Below are positions 51,112 to 62,006 of a stretch of DNA of 64,000 nt, piece by piece. Location of the stretch: positions 4,640,001 through 4,704,000 of the forward strand of contig OY843751.1 of the NCBI GenBank assembly GCA_963693055.1, written 5' to 3'. Within the stretch, counting starts at the first letter, position 1; every line of letters begins with the position of its first letter. The notes beneath the pieces were generated by a model. That model searched no databases. It worked only from the letters and a program-made list of their open reading frames with translations, and was not told the DNA's origin. Source of the DNA: a bacterium (GTDB taxonomy: Bacteria; Zhuqueibacterota; Zhuqueibacteria; Residuimicrobiales; Krinioviventaceae). The position numbers were made by a program, and so were the translations under genes.

Positions 51112-52767
51112 TTATAATTTTCTATACCAGGGTAAACGTGTCAAAGGTGCATCAATCTCGATCTTTGCCGGGCCTTTAACAATAGAGCCATCATCACCTT
51201 TCCACTTGCCCTCGGGCAGGTATACAATTCGGCTGCGTGCTCCTTTTTCCAAAACAGGTGCAACCAAAATAAAACTGCCCAGCATAAATTGGTCTGTTAT
51301 TCTATCATATCCCCTATTGGGAAATACATAATCCATAGATCGAACAATGGGTTCTCCGCTCTTTGCAGATTCTTTTGCACAAGCCAGAATCTCTGCGCCC
51401 ATATCTGTGTGCAGATTTGCCATTTCCACACATATTTGCAAATTTTCTTTACTCAAAATCCGCCAGGGTGCAACCGAAAACTGCATCATGGGCATCAGTG
51501 CATGACATTGCGCGGCACGCACAACAAGTTCCTGATCAATTTGCTCCAAATCCATGAATGACAAATATTCTCCCCCACCTATCATATCAGGACATGTAAA
51601 GGGATATCCCATCAATCCCTGGTTGACAATTCCGGGAATCAATTTATGCAAATCCTGCCAGTTATGAGACTTGTCCCGCAAGCGCATGGCAATTGGCTGC
51701 CCGCCCATTTTCCAGGCGGCCCGATATTCATTATACGGATAATCCAAACCCACCTTGACAAACAATTCCGAATGTTGGTTGGGGATTATATCTTTTTGAA
51801 AAGAAAGCGTGGGGCTCAGGAACCGTTCCGCGGTATAATGCTTTGCGTCCCCTCCATCAAATTTAAATCCATCAATGCCATAGGTTTCTACTAGATAGTC
51901 AAGTTTTCCGGTAAACCAGGCCCTTCCATCGGGATGTGACAGATCCACAGCATGGCTGAATCCGTTCCACCATTGCATCACAGCCGGGTAATCTGGATTT
52001 TCGGCATTGACTATCCATATTGTATCTTTTTTAGCTTTATAATCTAACCATAATGTTTTCCAATATTGCCCATCCGAAGTAATGTACGGACAAATCCACA
52101 AAATCACCTTGAATCCCAACTGGTGCAGCTCGGTCATCATAGATTTGGGATCAGGGAAACGGGTTGGCTCAAACTCCCAATCGCCATAGGTCTTGAACCA
52201 GCCCTCATCAATCATCAAAACACCGGGTTCAAATCCATTTTCTACTATTTTATGCGCATAGTCCAGTATGCCTTGTTGATATTGATTATATGTAAATTCT
52301 ATCCAGGTGTTAAATTGCGGTTTTAAAAACAGCTCCGGCGCGGGTATTTTCCCGGAAGCGGGGAAATAGCGATTGTTAACATATTTATAAACCTGAGCAA
52401 GGTTTTGCCCATGGTTGCCGCTTTGCAAAGATCCGAATGGCGACTCTACTTTTAACACCTTATTACTGAATTGGAATTTAAACGGATCCTCAGACCAAAC
52501 ATATCTGCCTTTATTGGATAATAACAATGGCTGTCCCTGATTTCCTGCTATATTACCAAAAAAATCAAATTCAAAGCGCTGTTCATGAATGGGCATTAAA
52601 TGAGATTGTGCAACAGCTCCCGCCCACCATTGTTCATCCTCTAAAACTTTGAATTCCAGAACATTATATTCTGAAAAGGTTTGCAATGGTAAGCAAAAAA
52701 AGATACTGGTTATCAGTAAGAAAAAAGTGTTTTTCACAACCCAATCCTTAAAATATATCCCATTCAA
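51112..52767 (-). CDS. Glycoside hydrolase family 31
   Basis: PQFNTW, MIDEGW, DGFKFDGG, PDMIGG, DQFMLG, LVAPV. Confidence 0.88.
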   Translation of the reverse strand: MNGIYFKDWVVKNTFFLLITSIFFCLPLQTFSEYNVLEFKVLEDEQWWAGAVAQSHLMPIHEQRFEFDFFGNIAGNQGQPLLLSNKGRYVWSEDPFKFQFSNKVLKVESPFGSLQSGNHGQNLAQVYKYVNNRYFPASGKIPAPELFLKPQFNTWIEFTYNQYQQGILDYAHKIVENGFEPGVLMIDEGWFKTYGDWEFEPTRFPDPKSMMTELHQLGFKVILWICPYITSDGQYWKTLWLDYKAKKDTIWIVNAENPDYPAVMQWWNGFSHAVDLSHPDGRAWFTGKLDYLVETYGIDGFKFDGGDAKHYTAERFLSPTLSFQKDIIPNQHSELFVKVGLDYPYNEYRAAWKMGGQPIAMRLRDKSHNWQDLHKLIPGIVNQGLMGYPFTCPDMIGGGEYLSFMDLEQIDQELVVRAAQCHALMPMMQFSVAPWRILSKENLQICVEMANLHTDMGAEILACAKESAKSGEPIVRSMDYVFPNRGYDRITDQFMLGSFILVAPVLEKGARSRIVYLPEGKWKGDDGSIVKGPAKIEIDAPLTRLPWYRKL

Positions 52768-52855
52768 AATGTAATAGCTGATCAGCTATTTTATAGTAAA
52801 AATTTTTTCATAGTTTTCCAAGAGCTTTTAAATTACAATTCAAAGAAAAGACAAT

Positions 52856-52888
52856 AAAAAAGCACTGACAAACAGTCTTGTCAGTGCT
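52856..52888 (-). terminator. Intrinsic terminator after the VOC gene
   Basis: agcactgaca/tgtcagtgct 10-bp stem with a U-tract on the minus strand. Confidence 0.75.
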
Positions 52889-52915
52889 CAAATATTGATG
52901 TATTAAAAACCTTTT

Positions 52916-53335
52916 CTAAGCTTCTGCTTCATAGTTGACCATCCAGGTAATTCCATATTTATCTACCAGTTGACCAAACATTGCTCCCCAAAATGTTTTG
53001 CCCCAGGGCATTACTACATTCGCACCCTCTGATAGATTATTAAACCAGGTCTCTCCTTTTTTCTCATCATCTATCTGGATTATTATTTGCACATTGTTGC
53101 CGTTTTCAAGCTTGCTGCCCGGCATTATGTCTGCGCCCATCAAAAGGGCTTTACCATCAATTTTTAACGCCGAGTGCATAATCTTGTTCTGATATTCTGG
53201 CGGCATCTCAGCCTCCACAGGTGTTCCTTTAACCGTCATCGTTTCCAGTTCAGCGTCCAATGCGTTTTTATAAAAAGTCATAGCATCCAAACAGTTTCCA
53301 TCAAATGACAGGTATGGATTTATCGAGATAAACAT
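52916..53335 (-). CDS. VOC/PhnB (glyoxalase-like) family protein
   Basis: PYLSFDGNC, IMHSAL, TFWGAMFGQLVDKYGITW; GGAGG RBS. Confidence 0.9.
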   Translation of the reverse strand: MFISINPYLSFDGNCLDAMTFYKNALDAELETMTVKGTPVEAEMPPEYQNKIMHSALKIDGKALLMGADIMPGSKLENGNNVQIIIQIDDEKKGETWFNNLSEGANVVMPWGKTFWGAMFGQLVDKYGITWMVNYEAEA

Positions 53336-53456
53336 ATTTTCCTCCAAGTTTTGGGATTATAAACGCATAAAACAAATCAAAGAGCTTGAATATTCTTGTT
53401 ACAAGAAAAAAACAAATGTTTTACGTATATCTGATAAAAAAATTATAAAATTTCAA

Positions 53457-53484
53457 TTGTTTTTTAAAAAAAATGGTTTATATT
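53457..53484 (+). promoter_or_regulatory. Putative promoter of leader 1 / ilvB-1
   Basis: TTGTTT-N16-TATATT, positioned like the promoter at 55659. Confidence 0.4.
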
Positions 53485-53511
53485 TACCACCATAATAATA
53501 ATCAGAGAATA

Positions 53512-53718
53512 ATGAACACACAAAATTCCACATATTCACTTTCTTTACCCTCAGCATTTGCTAACGGGCAGGAATCTGTATGCATGTGGAAAAATCTGAA
53601 TATTATATCCTCAATAGTCAACATACCAGGTATGCTTGTGCAACACCTGGTGGTCGTCGTCCCTGTTATTCTTCTTAACCTCTTGTCTGTGGGTGTGGTG
53701 GTTCGCGTCAGCGAATAA
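53512..53718 (+). CDS. Putative attenuator leader peptide 1 (68 aa, Val/Ile-biased)
   Basis: 24 of the last 40 codons are I/L/V (12 V, 7 L, 5 I); homologous to 55721-55930; directly upstream of ilvB. Confidence 0.75.
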   Translation: MNTQNSTYSLSLPSAFANGQESVCMWKNLNIISSIVNIPGMLVQHLVVVVPVILLNLLSVGVVVRVSE

Positions 53719-53723
53719 CAACC

Positions 53724-53816
53724 CGGTGCAAGAGGAAATCTCGTAATACATCCAAACATTTAACACAATGCTTTCAACCCATCCTCTGCACCGTAAGCAC
53801 AGGTATGACTAGTTTT
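53724..53816 (+). promoter_or_regulatory. Attenuator RNA 1 (antiterminator-like stem; degenerate terminator)
   Basis: cggtgcaagagga (53724-36) pairs with tcctctgcaccg (53782-93). Confidence 0.6.
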
Positions 53817-53872
53817 GAATTATTCCAGGCATGTTCGAATTGGCATAATAACTCGTAAACGAAAGGATAGTT

Positions 53873-55594
53873 ATGACTGGTGCAGAAATGATTTTACATG
53901 CTTTAAAAAAAGAAGGCGTAAACGCGGTTTTCGGTTATCCGGGAGCCTCGGTAATCGACATTTTTGATTTACTGTATGAAGGAGAAATCCCGTTTTATCT
54001 GGTCAGACATGAACAGGGCGCGGTACACGCGGCAGACGGTTTTGCCCGCGCATCCGGCAAAGTGGGAGTTTGTCTGGCTACTTCCGGACCCGGTGCTACC
54101 AACCTGGTAACCGGTCTGGCTACAGCTCATATGGATTCTATCCCCATGGTTGCCATTACCGGGCAGGTAGCCACCCACCTGATAGGAAACGATGCGTTTC
54201 AGGAAGTCGACATGGTGGGTATCAGCAGACCCATTACCAAGCACAACTATTTGGTTAATTCAGTAAAAGACTTGCCCAAAATTTTAAAACAGGCTTTTCA
54301 TATTGCACGTAGCGGCAGGCCCGGTCCGGTTTTAATTGACATTCCCAAAGATCTTCAACGAATGGAATGTACCGTTCCCTATCCGGATAAAGTAGAAATC
54401 TCCAGCTACAAGCCAACCTTAAAAGGCCATACGCAGCAGCTTAAAAAAGCGATAACATTAATCGAACGCAGTAAAAAACCGGTCATTTACGCGGGCGGTG
54501 GCGTTATTGCCAGCGAAGCAAGCAGCGAACTGCGGACCTTTGCTGAAAAGATCAATGCTCCTGTTACAACAACCTTGATGGGATTAGGGATTTACGATGA
54601 AACCGCACCCAACGCACTAAAAATGCTGGGTATGCACGGTACCGAATATGCCAATTACTCTATTCAGGCATGCGATTTGTTAATTGCAGTTGGTGCTCGG
54701 TTTGATGACAGGGTAACCGGAAAAGTTGATAAATTTGCACCCAATGCCAAAATCATTCATATTGATATCGATCCCACAACCATCCGTAAAAACGTTCAGG
54801 TAAATATACCTATTGTTGGAGATGTAAAACATGTTCTGGCAGATCTGGTAGAAATGATTGAGCAACAAGATAAAGCAGAATGGATTTCACAGGTGCGGGA
54901 ATGGAAAGAAAAGCATCCCCTGACATTTAAAAACGATGGTTTTATTCAACCCCAATTTGTGATCGAAAAAATCGCAGAAATGACAGACCATAAAGCAATT
55001 ATTACTACCGAAGTGGGGCAGAACCAGATGTGGAGTGCACAGTTTTTCAATTTCAAACATCCGCGAACCTTTTTATCATCCGGCGGCCTGGGAACCATGG
55101 GCTATGGATTCCCCGCAGCTATTGGTGCCCAAATTGCCCACCCGGATAAAGTTGTGATTGATATTGCAGGCGACGGCAGCATTCAAATGAACATACAGGA
55201 ACTGGCAACAGCTGTTTTGTACCAAATACCCGTCAAGATTGTAATCCTTAACAATCGTTCCTTGGGCATGGTAAGACAATGGCAGGCCATATTCTATGAC
55301 AAACGATTTGCTTCAACCTGTATGCGCCGAAATGCCCAATGTCCACCGCAGTGTGAACAAACTGAAGAATTTTGCCCTACCGAATATGTGCCCAATTTCG
55401 TCAAACTGGCAAAAGCCTATGGTGCAACCGGTTTTTACGCGGACAAAGTTGAGGATGTAGTACCCACTTTGGGAAAAATGTTGAATACGCCGGGTCCTGT
55501 TGTTGTTGAATTCAAGATAGAAGCAGAAGAAAATGTTTACCCCATGGTGCCGGCTGGCGCACCTATTCATGAAATGATAAGAGGCATGGCATAA
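53873..55594 (+). CDS. ilvB: Acetolactate synthase large subunit, copy 1
   Basis: FGYPG, RHEQGA, TSGPGATN, RFDDRVTG, GDGS...NN ThDP motif. Confidence 0.96.
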   Translation: MTGAEMILHALKKEGVNAVFGYPGASVIDIFDLLYEGEIPFYLVRHEQGAVHAADGFARASGKVGVCLATSGPGATNLVTGLATAHMDSIPMVAITGQVATHLIGNDAFQEVDMVGISRPITKHNYLVNSVKDLPKILKQAFHIARSGRPGPVLIDIPKDLQRMECTVPYPDKVEISSYKPTLKGHTQQLKKAITLIERSKKPVIYAGGGVIASEASSELRTFAEKINAPVTTTLMGLGIYDETAPNALKMLGMHGTEYANYSIQACDLLIAVGARFDDRVTGKVDKFAPNAKIIHIDIDPTTIRKNVQVNIPIVGDVKHVLADLVEMIEQQDKAEWISQVREWKEKHPLTFKNDGFIQPQFVIEKIAEMTDHKAIITTEVGQNQMWSAQFFNFKHPRTFLSSGGLGTMGYGFPAAIGAQIAHPDKVVIDIAGDGSIQMNIQELATAVLYQIPVKIVILNNRSLGMVRQWQAIFYDKRFASTCMRRNAQCPPQCEQTEEFCPTEYVPNFVKLAKAYGATGFYADKVEDVVPTLGKMLNTPGPVVVEFKIEAEENVYPMVPAGAPIHEMIRGMA

Positions 55595-55658
55595 AAATAA
55601 AATATTTAAAATGATTGACGTTATTTATTTAAAAAACAAGACATAAAAATTTTTTTTA

Positions 55659-55686
55659 TTGACTTTATCAAATAATTAGTTATATT
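55659..55686 (+). promoter_or_regulatory. Putative promoter of leader 2 / ilv-leu operon
   Basis: TTGACT-N16-TATATT. Confidence 0.5.
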
Positions 55687-55720
55687 TATTAATTCAATAG
55701 TATAATATTTAGAAAAATTC

Positions 55721-55930
55721 ATGAGCACACATACGGCCACAAAATCATATCCTTTTTCAAACCCGTTAGCAATAGCTTACGGTAGGGGAGCTGTGTGCGT
55801 ACGTAATACGAATCTGAATATTCTACCATCCTTGTTAGTAAACTTACCGGGTGTGATTGTGCGACGCCTGGTGGTCGTGCCCATCATTATTCTAAACCTC
55901 TTGCTAGTGCTAATTCGCCTAAGCGAATAA
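55721..55930 (+). CDS. Putative attenuator leader peptide 2 (69 aa, Leu-biased)
   Basis: 25 of the last 38 codons are I/L/V (12 L including 5 CTA, 7 V, 6 I); ends RLSE like leader 1 (RVSE). Confidence 0.8.
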   Translation: MSTHTATKSYPFSNPLAIAYGRGAVCVRNTNLNILPSLLVNLPGVIVRRLVVVPIIILNLLLVLIRLSE

Positions 55931-55934
55931 AATA

Positions 55935-56060
55935 CATGGTGCAAGAGGAAGCCAAAAAAATTTAATACACTACACAAAGCCTAAACGACCCGGAAATCGG
56001 GAATATCCTCTGCACCATGAGACAAGGTGTTTTTTAAAATTTGATGAGGTATTTTTTTTT
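55935..56060 (+). promoter_or_regulatory. Attenuator RNA 2 (antiterminator versus terminator)
   Basis: catggtgcaagagga (55935-49) pairs with tcctctgcaccatg (56006-19); competing hairpin gcacc-atgagacaa-ggtgt + T-run (56012-35); second T-run at 56052-60. Confidence 0.7.
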
Positions 56061-56099
56061 GAGCAAAAAACAATACATACAACAAAAAAAAGGATTGTT

Positions 56100-57821
56100 A
56101 TGACTGGTGCAGAAATGATCGTTCACGCTTTAAAACAAGAGGGTGTACGTGCGTTATTCGGTTACCCGGGTGGTTCGGTAATCGATATCTTTGATGTATT
56201 GTACAATTCAGATCTTCCATTTTATCTTGTGCGGCATGAACAAGGTGCAGTCCACGCTGCAGACGGTTTTGCACGTGCATCCGGTGAAGTGGGTGTCTGC
56301 CTTGCAACTTCAGGACCGGGGGCCACAAACCTGGTGACAGGTTTAGCTACAGCTCATATGGACTCTATTCCGATGGTGGCAATAACAGGACAAGTTCATA
56401 CACATCTGATTGGTAACGATGCATTTCAAGAAGTAGACATTGTTGGCATCAGCAGACCCATTACAAAGCACAATTATCTGGTGAGTTCGGTTGATGAATT
56501 GCCTAAAATTTTGAAACAAGCATTTTATCTGGCCCGCACCGGCAGACCTGGTCCGGTATTGGTGGATATCCCCAAAGATATTCAACAAACCGAGTGCAAA
56601 GTCCCCTATCCGGATAAAGTAGAAATTCCAAGCTACAAGCCAACAATGAAGGGTCATTTGCAGCAGCTTAAAAAAGTTGCCAAAGCAATTGAACAGAGTA
56701 AACAACCCGTCATTTATGCAGGTGGTGGAGTTATAGCAAGCGAAGCAAGTAATGAACTCCGCACTTTTGCTAAAAAGATCAATGCTCCTGTAACTACAAC
56801 CCTTATGGGACTTGGAATTTATGACGAAACTGATGATGACGCATTAAAAATGCTGGGCATGCACGGTACGGAATATGCCAATTACTCTATTCAGGCATGC
56901 GATCTGTTAATTGCGGTTGGTGCTCGCTTTGATGACAGAGTTACCGGCAAAGTCGATAAATTCGCAGCCAATGCTACAATTATTCATATCGATATCGACC
57001 CTACAACTATTCGCAAAAACGTTCAGGTCAACATTCCCATTGTTGGTGATATTAAACATGTTCTTACTGATCTGAACGAGCTCATTGAACAGCAGGATAA
57101 AAAAGAATGGATGTCTCAGGTTCATGAATGGAAAGAAAAACATCCACTGGTTTACAAGAACGATGGACATATTCAGCCACAATATATCATTGAAAAACTG
57201 GCTGAAATGACTGATCACAATGCGGTTATCTCTACCGAAGTGGGTCAAAACCAGATGTGGGCGGCACAGTTTTATAATTATAAACATCCACGTACCTTTT
57301 TATCATCTGGTGGTTTGGGAACCATGGGTTACGGATTTCCCGCAGCCATTGGCGCCCAAGTTGCCCAGCCGGACAAGGTTGTTATTGACATTGCGGGTGA
57401 TGGCAGCATCCAGATGAACATACAGGAACTGGCTACCGCAGTATTGTATCAGATCCCCGTCAAGATTGTTATTCTCAATAATCGCTCACTCGGTATGGTG
57501 AGACAATGGCAGGGTATATTTTATGACAGACGCTTTTCATCTACATGCTTGCGGCGCAATGCCATGTGCCCGCCGCAATGTAAACAAACTGAGGAGTTCT
57601 GCCCGAACGAATACGTCCCAAATTTCGTCAAACTGGCAGAAGCCTATGGTGCAGCCGGACTTTATGCGGACAAAGTTGAGGATGTAGTACCCACTTTGAA
57701 AAAAATGCTGAATACTCCGGGCCCGGTTGTTGTTGAATTCAAGATAGAAGCTGAAGAAAATGTTTACCCCATGGTGCCGGCTGGTGCCCCAATCCATGAA
57801 ATGATAAGAGGAATGGCATAA
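56100..57821 (+). CDS. ilvB: Acetolactate synthase large subunit, copy 2
   Basis: Same motifs and same length (573 aa) as copy 1; overlaps the ilvN start (TAATG). Confidence 0.96.
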   Translation: MTGAEMIVHALKQEGVRALFGYPGGSVIDIFDVLYNSDLPFYLVRHEQGAVHAADGFARASGEVGVCLATSGPGATNLVTGLATAHMDSIPMVAITGQVHTHLIGNDAFQEVDIVGISRPITKHNYLVSSVDELPKILKQAFYLARTGRPGPVLVDIPKDIQQTECKVPYPDKVEIPSYKPTMKGHLQQLKKVAKAIEQSKQPVIYAGGGVIASEASNELRTFAKKINAPVTTTLMGLGIYDETDDDALKMLGMHGTEYANYSIQACDLLIAVGARFDDRVTGKVDKFAANATIIHIDIDPTTIRKNVQVNIPIVGDIKHVLTDLNELIEQQDKKEWMSQVHEWKEKHPLVYKNDGHIQPQYIIEKLAEMTDHNAVISTEVGQNQMWAAQFYNYKHPRTFLSSGGLGTMGYGFPAAIGAQVAQPDKVVIDIAGDGSIQMNIQELATAVLYQIPVKIVILNNRSLGMVRQWQGIFYDRRFSSTCLRRNAMCPPQCKQTEEFCPNEYVPNFVKLAEAYGAAGLYADKVEDVVPTLKKMLNTPGPVVVEFKIEAEENVYPMVPAGAPIHEMIRGMA

Positions 57822-58309
57822 TGAGACATATTATTAATTTAGAAGTCGAAAACAATCCGGGTGTACTGGCAAGGATATCAGGACTTTTCAGCGCGCGCGG
57901 ATTCAACATCGAGGCCATTTCGGTTGGAAAACCCGAAACAAATATGACCTCGCGTATGACCCTCGTAGTTAGAGGAAATGATGAAGTTATCGAACAGGTC
58001 AGTAAACAACTCAATAAACTCATTGATGTAATACGTGTAACCGACGTTACCAGCAATTATTATGTCAGCCGTGATCTGGTATTGGTCAAAGTTACTTGTC
58101 CACCGGCAAAACGTACCGAAATCTCTCAACTGATCGGTATTTTTGATGCCAAGGTTGTGGATATCAGCAACAAAACCATGACACTGGAACTGGCAGGCAG
58201 TGAAGCCAAAGTTAACGCCTTTATTGAAACCATTCGACCTTATGGAGTTAAAGAACTTGCCCGCTCTGGAACCATTGCCATGTTGCGGGATTCAAACGGA
58301 AAAATCTAA
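57821..58309 (+). CDS. ilvN: Acetolactate synthase small regulatory subunit
   Basis: ENNPGVLARISGLFSARGFNI ACT domain; KQLNKLIDV. Confidence 0.96.
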   Translation: MRHIINLEVENNPGVLARISGLFSARGFNIEAISVGKPETNMTSRMTLVVRGNDEVIEQVSKQLNKLIDVIRVTDVTSNYYVSRDLVLVKVTCPPAKRTEISQLIGIFDAKVVDISNKTMTLELAGSEAKVNAFIETIRPYGVKELARSGTIAMLRDSNGKI

Positions 58310-58326
58310 CAAACACTATAATTTAA

Positions 58327-59331
<1,005 letters not shown>

Positions 59332-59342
59332 TAGAGGTTATT

Positions 59343-60884
59343 ATGGATAAAAATCGCGTAGTGGTATTCGACACAACCTTGCGCGATGGTGAACAATCAC
59401 CGGGTGCAAGTTTGGATGTACCCGACAAGGTAGCCATTGCACATCAATTAGCACGTTTAAAAGTAGATGTAATCGAGGCGGGCTTTCCGGTATCATCGGA
59501 AGCCCAGTTTAATGCGGTGAAATTGATTGCTCATGAAGTAAAAGGACCGGTAATTGCGGCTCTTGCCCGATGTGTCGATCTGGATCTGGATAAAGCGGGC
59601 GAAGCCTTGAAAGGAGCAGAAAAACCGCGTATTCATACGTTTGTTGCAACTTCAAAAATACATTTGGAAAAGAAATTCCGTAAATCTGAAGATGAAATCC
59701 TGGAAATGGCTGTTGCCGGGGTAAAACGGGCAAGAAATTACTGCGATGACGTAGAGTTCTCTCCCGAAGACTCGGCACGTACCGGTAAAGAGTTTCTGTT
59801 TCGCATTGTTGAAGCAGCTATCAATGCCGGAGCTACAACCATCAACATTCCGGATACTGTGGGATATTCAAATCCCGAAGAATTCGGTAACTTGATCAAT
59901 CAAATCATGAACACGGTACCCAATGTAGACAAGGCCATTATCAGCGTTCACTGCCACAACGACTTGGGTTTGGCTGTTGCCAATACCCTGGCAGGTGTTC
60001 GTAATGGTGCACGTCAAATTGAAGTCACAGTAAACGGTATTGGTGAACGCGCGGGCAATGCTTCTCTCGAAGAAGTAGTTATGGCATTAAAAACCCGTCA
60101 TAACTATTATAATATCAATACCAACATAAACAGTCAAGAGATCATAAACACCAGTCGTATGGTTAGTAACCTGACAGGTATTATGGTGCAGCCCAACAAG
60201 GCAATTGTAGGTGCAAACGCGTTTGCTCACGAATCCGGTATTCATCAGGATGCCATGATCAAAGATGCCAGTACCTACGAGATCATGACTCCCCACGAAA
60301 TAGGTCTCGATGCAAGTAAAATTGTATTGGGTCGTCATTCCGGCCGTCATGGTTTGAAACAGCGTTTGATTGAACTGGGTTATCATCTGAATCCGGAAGA
60401 ATTGAACCATGTTTATGAAAGATTTCTTGAAATTGCTGATAAAAAGAAGGAAGTCTTTGACGAAGATCTCATTGCACTGGTTGGTGATGAATCTCAGGAT
60501 TATGAAGATGCTTATCACCTCGACTATTTTCATATACTCAGTGGCAACAAGGCTATTCCCACAGCTACTGTTGGATTGAAACACAAAGATGAAATAATTC
60601 AGGATGCTTCCGTTGGTGATGGCCCCATTGACGCAGCTTATAAAGCTATCGACAAGATAGTGAATGTTCCCCTGAAACTGGCAGAATATTCTTTACGCGG
60701 TGTAACCGGTGGTAAAGAAGCAATGGGTGAAGTGGTAGTGCGCGTAATTCAGGACGGCAAAAAATTCCTGGGTCGCGGTGCCAGCACGGATGTCATTGAA
60801 GCAAGTATCAGGGCCTATCTTAATGCTGTGAACAAAAGCATGCATATGCATTCAAAAACCACGGAAGAAAAAGCAGAATTATAG
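59343..60884 (+). CDS. leuA: 2-isopropylmalate synthase
   Basis: [30 protein letters not shown], regulatory domain. Confidence 0.96.
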   Translation: MDKNRVVVFDTTLRDGEQSPGASLDVPDKVAIAHQLARLKVDVIEAGFPVSSEAQFNAVKLIAHEVKGPVIAALARCVDLDLDKAGEALKGAEKPRIHTFVATSKIHLEKKFRKSEDEILEMAVAGVKRARNYCDDVEFSPEDSARTGKEFLFRIVEAAINAGATTINIPDTVGYSNPEEFGNLINQIMNTVPNVDKAIISVHCHNDLGLAVANTLAGVRNGARQIEVTVNGIGERAGNASLEEVVMALKTRHNYYNINTNINSQEIINTSRMVSNLTGIMVQPNKAIVGANAFAHESGIHQDAMIKDASTYEIMTPHEIGLDASKIVLGRHSGRHGLKQRLIELGYHLNPEELNHVYERFLEIADKKKEVFDEDLIALVGDESQDYEDAYHLDYFHILSGNKAIPTATVGLKHKDEIIQDASVGDGPIDAAYKAIDKIVNVPLKLAEYSLRGVTGGKEAMGEVVVRVIQDGKKFLGRGASTDVIEASIRAYLNAVNKSMHMHSKTTEEKAEL

Positions 60885-60892
60885 GACATACA

Positions 60893-61981
60893 ATGAAAAA
60901 AGACAACTATACAATAGCAGTCCTGCCGGGAGATGGTATTGGCCCCGAAGTAGTGGCAGAGGCTGTCAAAGTTCTGGAAACCATCGCAACGACCAGTAAT
61001 TTTACCATTACTGCAAATTACGCCGATGTAGGTGGTGTTGCCATTGATAAATATGACAATCCCCTGCCAGAAGAAACACTAAATACATGTAAACAAGCAG
61101 ATGCCGTTTTACTGGGCGCAATAGGTGCCCCCCAATACGACAATCTGCCCTCAGATAAACGTCCCGAGCGCGGCCTTTTGGGTCTGCGCGCGGGCCTGGG
61201 CCTTTATGCAAATCTGCGTCCGGCCAAGGTTTACCCCAGTCTTGTAGATGCATCAAGCCTGAAACCCGAACTGGTTTCAGGTATTGATATTCTCATTGTC
61301 AGGGAATTAACGGGTGGTATCTATTTCGGCCAACCGCGCGGATTCGACGATAAAGACAATGGCCGTGGATTCAATACCATGGTTTACACAAAACACGAAG
61401 TTGAACGCATTGCCAAGATTGCATTTGATGCAGCACAAAAACGCGGTAAAAAAGTCATGTCTGTTGACAAGGCGAACGTGCTTGAAGTATCACAGTTCTG
61501 GCGGGAACAGGTTATCGACACAGCCAAAGCGTATCCCGATGTTGAACTGGATCACATGTATGTTGACAATTGCGCAATGCAGCTTGTTCGCTGGCCCAAA
61601 CAATTTGATGTTATTGTTACAGGAAACCTGTTTGGAGATATTCTCAGCGATGAAGCATCCATGCTAACAGGCTCTCTCGGCATGCTTCCTTCTGCCAGTA
61701 TGGGTGATGGAACAGCAATGTATGAACCCGTGCACGGTTCCGCGCCTGATATTGCAGGACAAAGTATCGCGAACCCCATTGCAACCATAGCATCAGTAGC
61801 CATGATGTTACGTCATTCAATGGACCGCGCCACAGAAGCAGATGCGCTTGAACAGGCTATCGATGAAATTCTCAAAGATGGTTACCGTACCAAAGATATT
61901 GCCCTTGCAGGTGAAGACACCGTCTCTACCACTCAAATGGGAGATCTGGTTGCGGAAAAGGTTAAATCTTTACTAAATTAA
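60893..61981 (+). CDS. leuB: 3-isopropylmalate dehydrogenase
   Basis: [41 protein letters not shown]. Confidence 0.97.
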   Translation: MKKDNYTIAVLPGDGIGPEVVAEAVKVLETIATTSNFTITANYADVGGVAIDKYDNPLPEETLNTCKQADAVLLGAIGAPQYDNLPSDKRPERGLLGLRAGLGLYANLRPAKVYPSLVDASSLKPELVSGIDILIVRELTGGIYFGQPRGFDDKDNGRGFNTMVYTKHEVERIAKIAFDAAQKRGKKVMSVDKANVLEVSQFWREQVIDTAKAYPDVELDHMYVDNCAMQLVRWPKQFDVIVTGNLFGDILSDEASMLTGSLGMLPSASMGDGTAMYEPVHGSAPDIAGQSIANPIATIASVAMMLRHSMDRATEADALEQAIDEILKDGYRTKDIALAGEDTVSTTQMGDLVAEKVKSLLN

Positions 61982-62006
61982 CAAATATGAATAATGGAGG
62001 CATCAT

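Noticed and set aside
53473-53511. Upstream ATG extension of leader 1
   Set aside because: It lies inside the predicted promoter; ATG 53512 gives a length matching leader 2.
53719-53872. T-box riboswitch upstream of ilvB
   Set aside because: No T-box consensus (GGTGGTACCGCG-like) in either leader; the leader-peptide model explains the sequence better.
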